NCBI GenBank assembly: GCA_001643675.2
Contig: LSRY02000007.1
Location: forward strand, 1,736,001-1,800,000
Reading direction: 5' to 3'
Length of the DNA: 64,000 bases
Origin: Monocercomonoides exilis PA203
Lineage: Eukaryota; Protista; Preaxostyla
A program made the translations under genes and the position numbers. How positions within the stretch are numbered: position 1 is the stretch's first letter; each line of letters begins with the position of its first letter. Of the stretch, positions 62,822-64,000 are shown piece by piece. The notes under the pieces were generated by a model that was not told the origin of the DNA, did not search any database, and was given only the letters and a program-made list of their open reading frames with translations.

Positions 62822-64000
62822 TCAGTCCTCTGTGAATATTGCATCTGTTGCTGTCACGATTATTGCTTCTTCTGGAAAGTGCCCAATCAGCCACCGCTTC
62901 ACATCTGTCAGCGAAGGCCTCTCTGTCAAATCCCCCAGCACACACTTCTTCACAAACTCTCTTCCCCACTCGCACTCAACCACCCCAATATTCGGACGCT
63001 CCCCATTCACAATCTTCTGTCCAGCAATTTCTGCCTCATACTCCCCAAACGGGATTTGAAGAGTCAAGCATTCCCACAGCATCATCCCAATCGAAAAGAC
63101 AACAGATTCCTTCGTTGCTTCCCTCTTCTTGTTCATCAGCAGCTCAGGCGCCTTCCACCTCAGACACTCTTTTTTGAAATTGTCATCCTCGTCCTCAAAG
63201 GCTGATGATGGCAAAGAGTCGCTGTTATCATCAACACTGGCTGATGTAACAACAGTTGATGAAGAAATGGATGATGGATCAGAGTCATCATCTGACAATA
63301 AGTCCGAATGCATCACAATACAGATGATCATGTGCTCTGAGAACAACACAATGTGAGGACTCAGACTGGACAATGACTGAAGAGGATTTTCCATTTCATC
63401 AAACGAGTGGAGAGCTCCATTTGCAACCCAGAACAACACCTGTGCAGCTGTCTGTTCCCTCTCCTGCAGAGTGCTTATCGCCATCTCCTTCTTCTCGTTC
63501 CTCCCATGAAGCAGCATGAACAGCGAATCCCTCAGATCCACAATCAATTTCTCATGAGGCGATGAACAGGCCATTGCATCCACCAGATTCGACATGGATG
63601 AGGTGGTTGGGCACAGATCCTCCCCTCGAACAAATGTTGAATCTGAATCAGTTGAACATGTTGAAGAAATGGATGGTGATGGAGTTCTCTTTCTAATCTC
63701 TTCTTCTTCTTTCTCATCAACCTTCTCCAGCATCCATTGAGGGATTTTGTCTGAGTCCTTACCTAATATATATTCAGTTGATCCGCTTTCAGCCAGCAAA
63801 TACTCTTCAGACTCTGAATGAACCATCTCTTTTCCATTTATTCTTTTCTTCATGTTTTCTTCATTCTTCTTCTCTGCCTCCTTCTCTGCTCTCCTACACT
63901 GCGCCTCTGGCGACATTTCCATCGTAACCATCTCAATTAGCTTCGGATCCTTTTTGACTGTGTCATTCACAATCTCCTCAAGTTCTTCTGTTCTTTCCTT
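62822..64000 (-). CDS. 3' part of another receptor-pseudokinase family gene (5' end beyond the window)
   Basis: Frame open to the window edge; same cytoplasmic domain as 1356-9553 (EMVTMEMSPE, DAMACSSPHEKL, RWKAPE, FSIGMMLWEC). Confidence 0.85.
   Translation of the reverse strand, partial: KERTEELEEIVNDTVKKDPKLIEMVTMEMSPEAQCRRAEKEAEKKNEENMKKRINGKEMVHSESEEYLLAESGSTEYILGKDSDKIPQWMLEKVDEKEEEEIRKRTPSPSISSTCSTDSDSTFVRGEDLCPTTSSMSNLVDAMACSSPHEKLIVDLRDSLFMLLHGRNEKKEMAISTLQEREQTAAQVLFWVANGALHSFDEMENPLQSLSSLSPHIVLFSEHMIICIVMHSDLLSDDDSDPSSISSSTVVTSASVDDNSDSLPSSAFEDEDDNFKKECLRWKAPELLMNKKREATKESVVFSIGMMLWECLTLQIPFGEYEAEIAGQKIVNGERPNIGVVECEWGREFVKKCVLGDLTERPSLTDVKRWLIGHFPEEAIIVTATDAIFTED

Overview
AT-rich, intron-containing eukaryotic DNA. 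The repetitive gene families suggest an oxymonad (Monocercomonoides-like); this is inference. Host genes: a ~2700-aa single-pass surface receptor with a degenerate kinase C-lobe (plus a second copy cut by the window end), a lineage-specific multicopy gene with one internal stop, villin, a divergent UVSSA homolog, RPL35, POP5 and BRAP2. About half the window is DNA transposons whose ends and target-site duplications (TSDs) can be read directly: a Merlin/IS1595-type relic, a mariner relic, a PHIS (Harbinger/ISL2EU-type) element, two cargo-carrying hAT elements (8-bp TSD), a Tc1/IS630 element, two TA-flanked foldback elements, and two families of GRG...CYC elements with 4-bp AWWT TSDs (Sola-like). 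The main result is a ~23.7-kb nested transposon structure (35508-59208). Removing each insert and one TSD copy restores a 178-bp MITE, and all five copies of this MITE in the window measure 177-179 bp despite divergent interiors. Three of the five copies received insertions, two at the same gcATTTatg site. One hAT carries the cytoplasmic pseudokinase part of the receptor family, near-identical to the gene at 62822-64000. A palindromic TGATCA motif lies just upstream of most start codons. All coordinates were derived by hand and no database searches were run.
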